From: Mobula hypostoma
Taxonomy: Eukaryota
DNA length: 64,000 nucleotides
Direction: 5' to 3'
NCBI RefSeq assembly: GCF_963921235.1
Contig: NC_086097.1
Coordinates: 26,972,001-27,036,000, forward strand
Position 1 is the stretch's first letter. Each line of letters begins with the position of its first letter. The translations under genes were made by a program, and so were the position numbers. The notes beneath the pieces were generated by a model that had not been told where the DNA came from, did no database searches, and worked only from the letters and a program-made list of their open reading frames with translations. Shown in pieces: positions 1 to 12,094 of this stretch.

Positions 1-903
1 GTTTACAAGCTGTGATACTTGCCAAAGGGGGTGTTACTAAGTACTAACTATGCAGGGTGCCCAAACTTTTGCTGCGGGCCCTTTTCCTTTTTTATTTTGA
101 AACCGTAAAAGATGGAAATAAGAAAGTAATCTTGCTTAAAATATTAAAGAAATGTGTTATCTTTAACTTTATGCCTTTAAAGAGAGCTTTTGTTACATTG
201 GCCTTTATTAATCAAAGTATTGAGTATAAGAGCTGGAACGTTATGATGAGGTTGTTTAAGGCATTGGTGAGGCCGAATCTGGAGTATTGTGTTCAGTTTT
301 GGTCACCAAATTACAGGAAGGACATAAATAAGGTTGAAAGAGTGCAGAGGAGGTTTACAAGGATGTTGCCGGGACTTGAGAAACTCAGTTACAGAGAAAG
401 GTTGAATAGGTTAGGACTTTATTCCCTGGAGCGTAGAAGAATGAGGGGAGATTTGATAGAGGTATATAAAATTATGATGGGTATAGATAGAGTGAATGCA
501 AGCAGGCTTTTTCCACTGAGGCAAGGGGAGAAAAAAACCAGAGGACATGGGTTAAGGGTGAAGGGGGAAAAGTTTAAAGGGAACATTAGTGGGGGCTTCT
601 TCACACAGAGAGTGGTGGGACTATGGAATGAGCTGCCAGATGAGGTGGTAAATACGGGTTCTTTTTTAACATTTAAGAATAAATTGGACAGATACATGGA
701 TGGGAGGTGTATGGAGGGATATGGTCTGTGTGCAGGTCAGTGGGACTAGGCAGAAAATGGTTTGGCACAGCCAAGAAGGGCCAAAAGGCCTGTTTCTGTG
801 CTGTGGTTTCTATGGTTTTGGAAATCAGTTCATCTTTTACTCGCTTCGCTATTCACAGTAACAGAAATTTTGACCGGGGTGCCCAAACTTTGGCATGCCA
901 CGG
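1..903 (+). mobile_element. 3' end of a Tc1/mariner DNA transposon (transposase C-terminus plus right IR/DR-type terminal repeat), split by a CR1 insertion
   Basis: Bases 3-47 read LQAVILAKGGVTKY*, a typical Tc1 C-terminus. The direct repeat GGGTGCCCAAACTTT occurs at 55-69 and 877-891. The element ends ...CACGG|TA at 903-905. Confidence 0.8.
179..816 (+). mobile_element. 5'-truncated CR1 LINE (ORF2 C-terminus plus 3' UTR)
   Basis: Translation contains LVRPNLEYCVQFWSP...RVQRRFTRMLPG...RTRGH-like...FFTQRVVGLWNELP. The 3' tail is TTTCTATGGTT. Confidence 0.9.
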
Positions 904-1584
904 TATAGTCCAAGACACTGAGTGACAATGTCCAGCAGTCGATGTACAGTCTCCCGGCAGTGTACAGATGCACGCAGTCCAGCCCATCATTCCACCGCTC
1001 AAACAGGGGAGGGCAGGCCCCAGCCGAGCTCAACCACACTGTAGTGTTTCTGCGGCTCTCACCTGGTCTGCAGCAGCAAGCAAGCCCGAGACTTGAGGCC
1101 TAGCTCTGGCTACAGCTGAGGCTGCACAACTCCCGTGTCGACTCTCCCACCACTGGACCGGGGTAACAGGCCTGCAGCAACTTACATCATCACTGCCCAA
1201 CAGAGTCTTGCGATCGCAAATGAAATGTCCGAGACATCTCCCACGGTTATACTGCGCCAACTCTGACGATTCCAGGTAGCGAGCAGTGACAGGGTCTGCA
1301 GGGAGGTCAGCTCCTCCAAACCCGAAATGGCTCCTCGGATACACTGGCAGGCTGCTCTGATATCACGACCGGCTCCTGCGATATCCCGACATCTCAGCGA
1401 CTCCGCTGCCGGCACCAGTCCAGCTACTCTGATCGACAAGCACTGCACTGATGGAGCAGCCCTGCAGTACCCGATGTTCTTGGAGAAGAATCGTCTTTGG
1501 ATTGTAAAAAAACACATCCTACAAAGAGAGAAGCGCCTTTGGTTGGCCCCCGAGAGGCCGCTATACTTGCATACTCCACTATCT

Positions 1585-1985
1585 TACCAGAAGTTGGTAA
1601 TGAGGAGAGGGCATGTCCCAGTTGGTGAGGGTCCTCAATGATAGATGCCACGTTTTTCTTGAAGATGGCTTCGATGCTGGGAGGCTGGGGCCCATGACGG
1701 AGCTGGCTGGCTCTGCAGCTCCCCACAGCTTTCTTCAGTCTTGTACATTGAGGCTTCCATACCAGCTGCAGTGGAACCAGTCAGACTGTTCCCCACTGTA
1801 CATCGGTAGAAATTTGCTAGAGTCTTTGGTGACATACCAAATCTCCTCAAACTCCTCATGAAGTATAGCTGCTGGCATGCTTCCTTCATGAATTTATCAG
1901 TATGTTGGGGCCAGGATAGATCCTCTGACACCCAGGAACTTGAAGTTGTTCCCCCGTTCCACTGCTGACCCTTCATTGCAATGGT
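1585..1985 (-). mobile_element. Rex1/Babar-type LINE 3' fragment
   Basis: QQLYFMRSLRRFGMSPKTLANFYRCTV and IIEDPHQLGHALSSLP match the Rex/Babar RT C-terminal motifs. Confidence 0.75.
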
Positions 1986-2144
1986 CTCATACAATAGAAT
2001 CGTACAGCGTGGAAAGAGGATCTTTTCATCTGTTTTAAAATTTAACTTCATTTGAAATTTGAATCCCCGGATTCTGCTACACACCCATACACGAACTGGG
2101 GAAACCCATATAGTCATAGGGACAATGTGTAAAGTCTATTTAGA

Positions 2145-3000
2145 GGATTGTCAGCAGATTTAGTCCCTGTATCTAAGAAAGGATGTGCTAGCATTGGTGA
2201 GGGTCCAGAGGAGGTTTACGAGAATGATTCAGGGAATAAAAGGGTTAGTGTATGAAGAATTCTGATGGGTCTGGTCCTGAACTCACTGGAGTTCAGATGA
2301 GTGATGAGGGATATCATTGAAACCTAATGAATGTTACCGAGGAGCAGGAAAACTCTGATCTCAAGCCTCCGCTGCTTTGTGGCTATACCCACTCATGGGG
2401 AAGGCCTCGGGAGTAAACCCCGAGGAGAAAATCCAGAGCTGGACTCCCTAAGGCAGTCGTACATCGAGTTCAACACTGACCGGCAACTCCTGCGACGCTG
2501 CTGGTGCCAAACTGTATGGGTCTCTGCTGTTCCTGTGGGTTCATCAGATGCATGCAGAGGGGGAGCCTGCTACATGGGCAACAGCTTGCTCTCCATATTA
2601 TACTGCCCCGGCTTGTGTATCTAGACAGCTAGGATGCACCATCCATGATCGACTCTGACCAGCGGAGGCCTCATGCCTGAATACTGAAAGGCATAGACAG
2701 AGTGAACATAGGGAGGGAGTCCAGGACCAGAGGGCACAGCATCAGAATAGATAGTGTCGCTTTAGAACAGAGACGGAGGAATTTCTTCATTCACAGAGTG
2801 GTGAATCTGCGGAATTCATTGCCACAGACAGCAGCAAAGGACAAGTCATCAGCTATATTTAAAGTGGAGATTGATAGATTCTTGATTAGTAAGGGTGTCG
2901 AAGTCACAGGGAGAAGGCAGGAGAATGGGATTGAGAAGGATAATAAGTCAGTCAAATCTAATGGCAGAGTGGGTCAAGTGTCTGCTTTGTCTTACGGTCC
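2145..3000 (+). mobile_element. CR1 3' fragment interrupted by a truncated RTE-related non-autonomous element (about 2338-2675)
   Basis: CR1 motifs ESRTRGHS and NFFIHRVVNLRNSLP flank the insert. The insert matches the copies at 8245-8720 and 61931-62530. Confidence 0.75.
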
Positions 3001-3628
3001 ACACAGTCAGTGCCCGAGGTCAGGATTGAACCTGCGTCACTGAAGCTGTAAAACGGCAACTCTACCAGTTGCCCCACTGCATCTCACTGATAAGAGTGGA
3101 TGAATTACTAGAATAAAGCTGGAAGGCCTGGAATTGATGTCATGATTTTAGAAATCACCCCAACACTCCTACATAATTTAAATTCACACAATTAAGTATA
3201 CCTGCTTTTAAAAGAAGCAGCTACTGAGTAGATACAGAGATCCGCCCTGGCTCCTTGGTGTGGTCTACAGTGCGATTCTATGCCTGTAGAATATTGCTTT
3301 CTGCTTTTTAAAACACCCCGACAGACCATTCAGTGCAGAGGCAGGTGAAGTGCTGACCAGATCCTGGGAAGTGAAAATTGGAAGTACTGTGGAAATCCTG
3401 TTAACACTGTTCTGTTAAAGTGTCTGCATTAAGGCAATTGCTTTTGTGTTCTGTTGTGGAATATTAAGGAGCACAAAAGCAAATTGAGCCTTGCAGTCAA
3501 AGGATGTTTGACACCCGAAACTCACAGAGGACTGAGTCAGAATCACTGTATAAGACGTAAATTTGTTGTTTTTGCATCAGCACTACAATGCAATACATAA
3601 CAATAAACAATGTGAATTACAGTAAATA

Positions 3629-3913
3629 CAGTTCTCAGAAGAGCCCAAGCAGTTCAATCTCTCATACCAACAATAAGAGAAAGACAACTCAGATTTCTAG
3701 GACACATCATGCGGAAAGATGAACTAGAAAAACTCATACTCTCTGGAAAGATTGAGGGGAGTATGCCTAGAGGAAGACCTCGGCTTATGTACATCAAAAG
3801 CATAGCCAGGTGGCTACACATCGAGGAAATGGAGGTCATCCAAAAAACGAAGGATAGATCTATATGGAAAACCATGGTCACCAACGTCCGCGTCGGATAT
3901 GGTACCTAGACAG
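3629..3913 (+). mobile_element. 5'-truncated RTE-clade LINE 3' end inserted in a minus-strand Rex fragment (about 3540-4150)
   Basis: Translation reads RQLRFLGHIMRKDELEKLILSGKIEGSMPRGRPR...DRSIWK. It has an (AGAC)n tail and a perfect 10-bp TSD ACAGTAAATA at 3619-3628 and 3914-3923. Confidence 0.85.
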
Positions 3914-5329
3914 ACAGTAAATATGTATATAATAGCTAAATTACATAAGCAGTGAAATCGTGGGTTTGATGTCCTTTCAGAAATCAGAAGGCAGAGGGAA
4001 GGAAGCTGTTCCTGAAATGTTGAGTTGTGTCTTCAGGCTCCTGTATCTCCTCCCTGATGGTAACAAAGAGAAAGAAGGCATGTCCTGGGTGATGGGGGTC
4101 CATACAGATGGATGCCACCTTTTTGAGGCATCACTCCTTGAAGATGCTATGGAGTTTAAAATTGCCCCTTGGATCCCCTTAAAGTCTTTCCTCTCTGACC
4201 TTAAACCCATCTCTACCCTGGGATAAAAGTCTGACCGTCTACTTTATCCACTGGGGTTGGTTGGGGGGGGTGGTGCATCACAGTAGCATACGATTAACAT
4301 AACACTTTAACACGCCATCTCTGAGATCAGGGTGCAATTCCTGCCACTAGCTGTAAGGAATTTGTACATCCACTCCTTTCGGGTTTGCATTAATTCTACC
4401 CCTCTCAGAACTCTACCTTTGACACCAGATCTCAGTCCCTTCAAAGTGCCGTTTACCCTGTCCCTGACAGTGCTGGATCACCCATTTCCCACTGTCCCTG
4501 CCCCTGGTGAAAGTTCAGAGTTTCACCAATGTGCTGATTAGAATCACTGCTGTCACCATCAAATCTTGTGACAAGGTGATGTATGTATTGTTACCCACAC
4601 TAAATGCTCAAGTAGCTGAGCAGGTGAGGCAGGATCTATGGAGAGGAATAAACAGTTGATGTTTCAGGACGAGACCCTTGATCAGGACTGGAAAGGAAGG
4701 GGCATCCCACCTTCTCCCTCACCTGGTATCACCTCTCACCTGCTCTTGCTGAGTCAGCATTAAACTGATTCTTTTGTGTTTTATTCTCTAGTCTGTAATT
4801 ACATTAGGGTTTTGATGAGGCTGATTAGCCCTGACGCATCACTGTTCATGCAGTGTTCAATATTCATTTTCAATTTAGCAGAACCTACTTTCACTCAGTT
4901 TTTTTTGTTAAATTATGTTCCCTTTTTACTTTCCACAACTGAAGCTGAGTACATTACCATGCAGTGATGAAGGAATCTGTGTGGAAACATTAATTATGTG
5001 GCACCGAAAAGTCTCTGGTAACCGGGATTAGAGTAGGTGGCTAGCACAGACAGGTAGGGCTGAAGAGCCTGCGTCCGTGCTGATGACTCTGTTATCTTTG
5101 AGGTGTTTGGAATACTTTCACCCTTCTATTGACGTAAAAATAACTCGATCAGTTAGAGGGCACTACTGCACAGAAACAGGCCCTTCAGCCCATCTAGCCC
5201 ATGCTTAAAGTATTCTGCAAGTCATGCCAACCTGCACCTGGGCCATAGCCCTCCATACCCCGTCCCTCCAGGTACTTATCCAAACTTCTCTTAAATGCTG
5301 AAATTGGACCTACATCCACGAGGTTAGTT

Positions 5330-5650
5330 TTATTTGTCACACGAACATCATAACATCAAAAGAAACAGTGAAATGCGTCATTTTGTGTCACTGACCAAGG
5401 CAGTCCGAGATTGTGCTTTGGGCAACCCGCAAGTGTCGCCATGCTTCTGGCGCCAACATAACATGCCCACAACTGACATACCCTAACCTGTACGTCTTTG
5501 GAATGTGGGAGGAGGCTAGAACACCTGAAAGAAATCCATGCAGAAATGAGGAGAATGTACAAACTCTTTATAGGCAGCAGCAGGAATTTAACCCTGATCA
5601 GTGATTGCTAGAACTGTAAAGCAGTTGTGTTAATTGCCGCACTACCATGC
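5330..5650 (-). mobile_element. HE1/V-type tRNA-derived SINE (degenerate); similar copies near 12920-13180, 17170-17470, 30625-30920 and 61605-61880
   Basis: Contains the V-domain-like core GGTGCTCCGGTTTCCTCCCACA(T/G)TCCAAAGAC and a shared 3' ACATGTGACAAATAAA segment. Confidence 0.65.
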
Positions 5651-5654
5651 TGTT

Positions 5655-6045
5655 CCACTGTCCATTATCATTATCCATTATCCATCTCCATTGTTCATTA
5701 TCTATGATCCATCATCCACTATCGTTTTCCATCATTTGTTATCTATTGTCAATTATCCATTATCAACTGTCGATTTTCCATTGTCAATTATCCATTGTCC
5801 ATTGTCCATTATCATCATTGATTATCCATTGTCCATTTTCCATCGTCAATTGTCCATTGCCCATGATGCATTGTCCAATCTCTATTGTCTATTTTCCATT
5901 GTCTATTATCCAGTGTCCATTGTCCATTTTCCATTATTCATCATCCATTATCCATTATCTTTTATCAATTATCCATTGTCCATTGTCTACTGTCCATTAC
6001 CCATCTGTCCATTATCTGTTATCCATTGTCTATCTCCTTCAGTTA
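5655..6045. repeat. Degenerate ~7-bp tandem repeat (TATCCAT/TGTCCAT)
   Basis: TCCAT-containing units recur over about 390 bp. Confidence 0.85.
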
Positions 6046-6204
6046 TCTCAGCTTATCATTTTTGGGGTGTCCAAATACATTAACACCTGCCCCTTGTCAG
6101 AGCTGTTACCAAAGCATTGTCCTCTACCCAAACGCTGTTCTATCACCATATTCACAGTCTCTCCACTCACTATCTACTCCATTCTGAACTACCCCCGTAT
6201 TCAT

Positions 6205-6545
6205 TGACCATAAGATATTGTAGTAAAATTAGGCCATTCGGCCCATTGAGTTTGCTGTGCTATTCAGTCACGATTGATTTATTATTCCTCTCAACCACAT
6301 TCTCCTGCCTTCTCCCAATAACCTCCAATGCCTTTACTAATCAAGAACCTATCAACCTCTACTTTAAATATACTGAATAACTTGTGACTATGGCCATCTG
6401 CGGCGATCTATTCCACAGATTCACCAACCCTCTGGCTAAGGAAATACCTCCTCATCTTTTTTCTAAAGGTATTTCCTTCTATTCTGAGGCTGTGCGCTCT
6501 GGTCATAGACTCCCCCACTATAGGAAACAAACTCTCCACTTCCCA
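6205..6545 (-). mobile_element. CR1 3' end fragment
   Basis: Reverse complement of the CR1 3' region, similar to the fragments at 18730-19010 and 28200-28560. Confidence 0.75.
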
Positions 6546-6836
6546 TTCTTCTGCCACTTCTCTGCCTAGTTTTGTGTCCTATTAATGTCCCACTGTAAGC
6601 TATGACGACATTTGTGTCACCAGCAAACTTACTAACCCTCCCTCCCTTTTCCTCATCCAAGTCATTTACAGAATGATTGATATTGATGGGATCTTACTGT
6701 GTACATTTGTTGGCCTCATTGATTGCATTACAAAAGTGGGTATACTTTGAAAATTATTCTTCAACTAGAAAGGTTTCTTGAGACTTCTTAGTGCTTTACT
6801 GTATTCACCTTAAATCCCATGGTATCTAATTCCTGT

Positions 6837-7150
6837 GGGCACGTGGCCAAGTGGTTAAGGCATTGGATTAGCGACCTGAAGGTCATGAGTTCGAGCCCCA
6901 GCCGAGGAAACGTGTTGTGTCCTTGAGCAAGGCACTTAATTACACCATGCTCTGCGATGACACTGGTGCCAAGCTGTATGGGTCCTAATGCCCTTCCCTT
7001 GGACAACATTGGTGTCAAGGAGAGGGGAGTCTTGCAGCACGGGCAGCTGCTGGTCTTCCATACAACCTTGCCCAGGCCTGTGCCCTGGAGAGTGAAGACT
7101 TTCCAGGCGCAGAGCCATGGTCTCGCAAGACTAATGGATGCCTTACTAGT
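6837..7150 (+). mobile_element. tRNA-derived SINE with RTE-related body
   Basis: A box TGGCCAAGTGG at 6844-6854 and B box GTTCGAGCC at 6889-6897. The body shares CTGGTGCCAA(G/A)CTGTATGGGTC with 2501-2522. Confidence 0.8.
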
Positions 7151-7879
7151 TGGGACCTCTATATACTAATAAAGAAAACATTCCTTTTGTCAAACTCTAC
7201 CCCATCCAGTCCCTTTACAGTATGGGAGTCCCAGTCAATTCATGGAGAGTTAAAATCACCCATTATCACAACATTATTTTCTCACAACAGTCTGCAATCT
7301 CTCTACAAATTTGCTCCTCCAAATCCTGCAGACTGTTGGGTGGTTGATAATATAATCCCATTAATGTGGTCATCCCTTTCCTATTCCTCGGTTCCACCCA
7401 TATACCCTTCACTAGACAAGTTCTCTAGTCTGTCCTGTCTGAGCACTACTGTGATATTTTCCCTGACTAGTAATGCCACCCCTTCCCCTTTGATGCCTCC
7501 CACTCTATCATGTATAAAACAAGAAAACCCTGAACATTGAGATGCCAGTCCTGCTCCTCCTGCAACCAAGTCTCACTGGTGGCTACAAAGTCATAATTCC
7601 ACATGCTGATCCATGCCCTGAGCTCATCTGCCTTTCCTACAATATTCCTTGTGTTGAAATGTACACAACGCAGAATATTAGTCCCATCATGGTCATCCTT
7701 TTGATTCCTGACCTTGTACGTAGGTTTAACAACATCTTTCCCCACAGCCTCTCCGCTATCTGCTCTGGTGCTCTGGTTCCCATCCCTCTGCAGCTCCCGT
7801 TTAAACCCCACTGTGCAGCACCAGCAAGTCTTCCTGCAAGGATATTAGTCCCCATCCAGTTCAGGTGCAAACTGTCCCG

Positions 7880-8043
7880 TCCAATCTCTTACTAACTCTT
7901 CCTTCAGTTAGTCCTGACGAAGGGTCTCGGCCTGAAATGTCGACCGTACCTCTTCCTAAAGATGCTGCCTGGCCTGCTGCGTTCACCAGCAACTTTGATG
8001 TGTGTTGCTTGAAATTCCAGCATCTGCAGTATTCCTGTTGTTT
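7880..8043 (+). mobile_element. Penelope-derived short element with hammerhead motif (7910-7945)
   Basis: Reads AGTC-CTGACGA-AGGGTCTCGGCCT-GAAATGTC-GACC, then the family tail GATGCTGCCTGGCCTGCTG...CCAGCATCTGCAG. Confidence 0.75.
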
Positions 8044-8244
8044 CTGTCCTTACAGGTCCCATCTTCCCCAGAAGGGAGCCTAATGTTCCAAAAAGCTTAT
8101 GCCCTCCCTTCTGCATCATCTCCTTAGCCTCTGTTAAACGAAATGATCTTCCTTTTTCTGGCCTTACTAGCACGTGGCATGGGTAGCAATCTTGAGATCA
8201 CAACCTTGGAGGTTCTGTCCTTTAAATTAGCACCTAACTCCCTG

Positions 8245-8720
8245 GGCTCCTTAAGGTTGTTATAGCTGGGGGTGGGAGTGGGGACAAGCTCCCACTAACT
8301 ATTAAATGCTCCTAATGGTGTGCACCTCAAACAGCCTCTGACAACCTAGTCCAGCTCTTGGCTTTCACATGTGGCTTAGCTACGAAGCCCGGCGGAACCG
8401 TTTCTACAAACCTCTGCTGCCGTGTAGCTACACCCACTCATGGGGGAGGCTTCAGGAATAAACCCTGAGGGAAAATCTGGAGCTGGAGTCCCTAAGGCAG
8501 TCTTACATTGAGCTCAACGCTGACCGGCAACTCCTGCGACGCTGCTGGTACCAGACTGTATCAGTCTCTGCTGTTCCTTTGGGTTCGTCAGATATGTGGA
8601 GAGGGGGAGCTAGCTACATGGGCAACAGCTCGTTCTCCATATTGTACTGCCCAGGCCTGCGTATCGAGACAGCTAGGACACAAATTCCACGGTGAACCTT
8701 GACTGTCGGAAGCCTCTCAG
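8245..8720 (+). mobile_element. RTE-related non-autonomous element (internally deleted relative to 61931-62530)
   Basis: Colinear with 61931-62530. Flanked by CTCCCTG at 8238-8244 and 8721-8727. Confidence 0.7.
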
Positions 8721-9704
8721 CTCCCTGAACTCACTTTGCAGGACTTTGTCACCCTTCCTACCCATGTCCTTTGTACTGATGACCTCTGGCTGCTCACCCA
8801 CCCGCTGAAGAATGCTGTGGGCTCAATCCTGGTGCTCAGGAACCAACATGCCATCCAGGAATCTAGTTCTCATCCACAGAACCTCCTGTCTGTTCTCATA
8901 ACAAACAAAACCCCTGTCACCACAACTCACCCCTTCTCCCCCTTCCTTTTTGAGTCACAGAGACAGACGGCCACAGGTGTACTCTGCGCTGGCTGTCTAT
9001 CCCCTTTCCCCCTCCTGACAGTCACCCAGTTACCTGTGTTGTGCACCTTGGGTGTAACTACCTCCCTGTATTACCTGTCGATCAAACCCCTCAGCCTCCC
9101 GAATGATACGTTAGTTCATCCAGCTTCACCTTCAATTGCGTGAGACGGTCTGAAAGAAGCTGCAGCTGGATGCAGGTGTAGGCAGCGGGGACACTGGAGG
9201 TCTCTCTGCCTTCCCACTATCCTGCCTGGCGTCCCCACTGTGCAATAAGAAAGAAAGAAGCAAAAATTATATGAAAAAAATCTCCCTCCAGCCTCCTAAC
9301 AGGAGCCTCTGTGAGTCAAAGCTGGTAATCCTCACTCTTAACACTGGCTCCCTGTCATTTTATTTATAGTTTTTCTGTAAATTGTGTGGTATTTCTTTAT
9401 AATGCCTGCAAGAAAACAAATTTCAAGGTAGTATAGGGTAACACATAGGTACTTTGATTATAATTTTTACTTTCATTTTGATACAGTTCCATTTACCAGT
9501 GACTGGCCCAGATTCTACCAATCCAAGTACCTGCCTCAACCAATTCTTCTGGCAGCTTGTTGGCCTAAGTCCTTTCTCTGCCAAGACATAGCAGGCTACG
9601 CACCACGAGCTGTAAATGGCTTCAGTGCAAATGATTTGTTGATCAGTATAGGCACAATGGGCCAAAGGCCCTAATTCTGTGCTTTATTGATCATTGAGAT
9701 GTTC

Positions 9705-9936
9705 CAAGCAACACACACCAAATGTTGGAGGAACTCAGCAGGCCAGGCAGCATCTGTGGAGAAGAGTATTGTCGATGTTTCAGGCCGAGACCCTTCAGTG
9801 GGTCTTGCTGAAGGGTCTCGGCCCGAAACATCGACTGTACTTTTTACCGTAGATGCTGCCTGACCTGCCGAGTTCCTCCAGCATTTTGTGTGTGTTGCTC
9901 GGATTTCCAGCTTCTGCAGATTTTCTCTTGTTTATG
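9705..9936. mobile_element. Fold-back Penelope-derived element with decayed hammerhead motifs
   Basis: Inverted arms of about 90 bp centred near 9800. Perfect 12-bp TSD ATTGAGATGTTC at 9693-9704 and 9937-9948. Confidence 0.8.
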
Positions 9937-11074
9937 ATTGAGATGTTCTATTTTATTAAGATTGTTTCCTTTTGTTTTTATTGAGTACTTAAGGCATAAA
10001 GTAAAAGTAAACCATATACGTTTTCAAAGTGCCTTAATGTCCTATCCCAATAGTATTGGATGAGCTCGCTTGGGGAGGAAGTGGAATAATGAAATGGATG
10101 ACTATCTTATGGAAAGTATGCAAGTGGAATGAGAGATTCAGCTGTAATTTAGCAATGTCCTGAGGGATAAGATTTAAGGACTAATCATACAGTGAGCATC
10201 AGTCCTGGATATTATTCCACACCCACTGTGGGGAATCTTTTTTTCTGACATCAAATGATAAACAGGGGATTGGTTTATCTGCCTGAATTTCCAGATCAAA
10301 TAATACTTTAATGGGCTGTGTGGAGGGATTCTGATGGCTGCAGGGCTGGTTTAGTTGGGACCACCCAGTGCCTCAATGGTTAATAGCTCCCTGGGGCCAC
10401 TCATTTGTAAACACGTGCCTGTGTATTAACACAAGAGATTCCTTATCCACAAATTTCTTCATAGATGCTAGAAATCTGAAGTATAAACAGCATCTGTGTA
10501 CGGAGAAATATATTTAACATTTCAGTAGATCTGAAACATTCCATCCCCAAATAAAAACAGAAAATGCGAGAGACAATAAACGTATCAGGCATGTTATCTG
10601 TGGATAAAGCAGAGTTGACAGAAAACCAGCTCATCATTTCCCTCTGGTGTCAACATGCTTCCCTTTCCTCCATGGTCCACTCTCCTCTCAATAGCAGAAT
10701 CCTCCTTCTTCGCCCTGATCATCCCCTAGCTTCTTACTTGAACTTCCCCCCTCCCTGATCCTCGATGGTGGGGAGGGTTGTACCCATGATGGGGCTGGTT
10801 GAGTCTACAACCTTCTACAGCCTCTTGTATTCCCTTGCATTGGAGCCTCCACGCCAGGCATTGATGCAACCAGTCAGCATGGCCTCCACAGTACATCTAA
10901 GAACCTTTGGTGACATACCAAATCTCCTCAAACTCCTAATGAAGCAGAGCCTCTGACACGTCTTCTTCATGACCGCTTCAGTGTTTTGGGACCAGGGTAG
11001 ACCCTCTGAGATGCTGGTGCCCGAGAGCTTGAATCTGCTCACCCTTCCACTGCAGACTCCTCAATGAGAATTGG

Positions 11075-11317
11075 AACACGAGGAAATCTGCAGATGCTGG
11101 AAACTCAAGCAACACACACAAAAGATGCTGGTGAACGCAGCAGGCCAGGCAGCATCTATAGGAAGAGGTACAGTTGAGGTTTCGGGCCGAGACCCTTCGT
11201 CAGGACTAACTGTTAGTAGTTAGTCCTGACGAAGGGTCTCGGCCCGAAACGTCGACTGCACCTCTTCCTATAGATGCTGCCTGGCCTGCTGCGTTCACCA
11301 GCATTTTTTGTGTGTGT
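11075..11317. mobile_element. Fold-back Penelope-derived element with two back-to-back hammerhead motifs
   Basis: Near-perfect inverted arms of about 100 bp (11111-11211 and 11218-11318). TSD TCAATGAGAA(T/C)TGG at 11061-11074 and 11318-11331. Confidence 0.85.
11222..11257 (+). ncRNA. Minimal type-I hammerhead ribozyme motif (Penelope type)
   Basis: Helix I AGTC/GACT, core CTGACGA(A), helix II GGGT-CTCG-GCCC, then GAAA. Palindromic ACGT replaces helix III, followed by the GUC cleavage triplet at 11251-11253. Confidence 0.75.
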
Positions 11318-11854
11318 TCAATGAGAACTGGTGTGTGTTCTCCTGACTTCCCCTTCCTGAAGTCCACAATCAACTTCTTGGTCTTACTGAGGAATTGATA
11401 GTGGACTTCCAGAAGGTGAACGTGAGGTTATTGTTGTGACACCACTCAACTGGCCAATCCATCTCGCCCCCGGACACCTCCTCATCGCCATCTGTGGTTC
11501 TACCAACAACCGTGGTTCGGTCTCACAGCCCTGTAGTTCCATGGTCAGGACATTGGCACCAGCTTTCTAATTCCAGAAGTTATATCAATGATTCTGGTCA
11601 AGAAGGTTAAAACACAAGGTATCCAAATGTGTGGGCAGACTAGACACAAAACCGGCTTGGTGATGGGAGTGGTGGAGGGCATTCTTCCGACAGGAAGTCT
11701 GTCACCAGTGATATACTGCAGCGATTGGTGTCGGGGCCATTGTTGTTCGGAATATATAGGAAGTGATTTGGATGAGAATGTTGGTGGTCTGATTGGTAAG
11801 TCTGAAGACCAGGTAAAACATTTTGGGAGGTCAAATTCTGGTTTGGTGTTGGTC

Positions 11855-12094
11855 GGCTGGTGGCGCAGTGACATCAGCGCCGGACTCCAGAACGGAGGTT
11901 CCCGGCTTCGAATCCAGTCGGGCCGTTCCCGAGTACGCTTTCCATCCGTGCCGAGTTGGGTGTTGAGCTCGCAACTCGACCTCGTAAAAATAAAGAAAAA
12001 TACTGTGAAACGTCTGTGCGAGGAATGGAGCCCCACACGGCCTTGAAAATGTCTGACGCTGGCCTCTCAGCCCTGAGTCGACATCATCATCATC
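11855..12094 (+). mobile_element. tRNA-derived SINE with (CAT)n tail (RTE-type), CpG-rich and probably young
   Basis: A box TGGCGCAGTGA, B-box-like CTTCGAATCC, and tail CATCATCATCATC. Confidence 0.75.

Larger units (their letters stand above)
7175..9240 (-). mobile_element. CR1 5' portion (ORF1 esterase region plus ORF2 APE endonuclease N-terminus), degenerate, with two younger insertions
   Basis: HFNTRNIVGKADELRAW...SETWLQE (endonuclease) and HLNWMGTNILAGRL (ORF1 end) are homologous to 37054-38397. Confidence 0.85.
10760..11510 (-). mobile_element. Rex1/Babar LINE fragment hosting the 11075-11317 insertion
   Basis: Translation reads QRLCFIRSLRRFGMSPKVLRCTVEAMLTGCINAW. Confidence 0.75.

Noticed and set aside
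57..749. 230-aa host gene
   Set aside because: Chance fusion of Tc1 terminal repeat sequence with a CR1 ORF2 C-terminus.
5634..6207. 149-186 aa ORFs
   Set aside because: Artefact of a stop-poor low-complexity repeat.
6837..6910. tRNA gene (also 11855-11930)
   Set aside because: A and B boxes are present, but the sequence runs into a SINE body and tail without a convincing acceptor stem or poly-T terminator.
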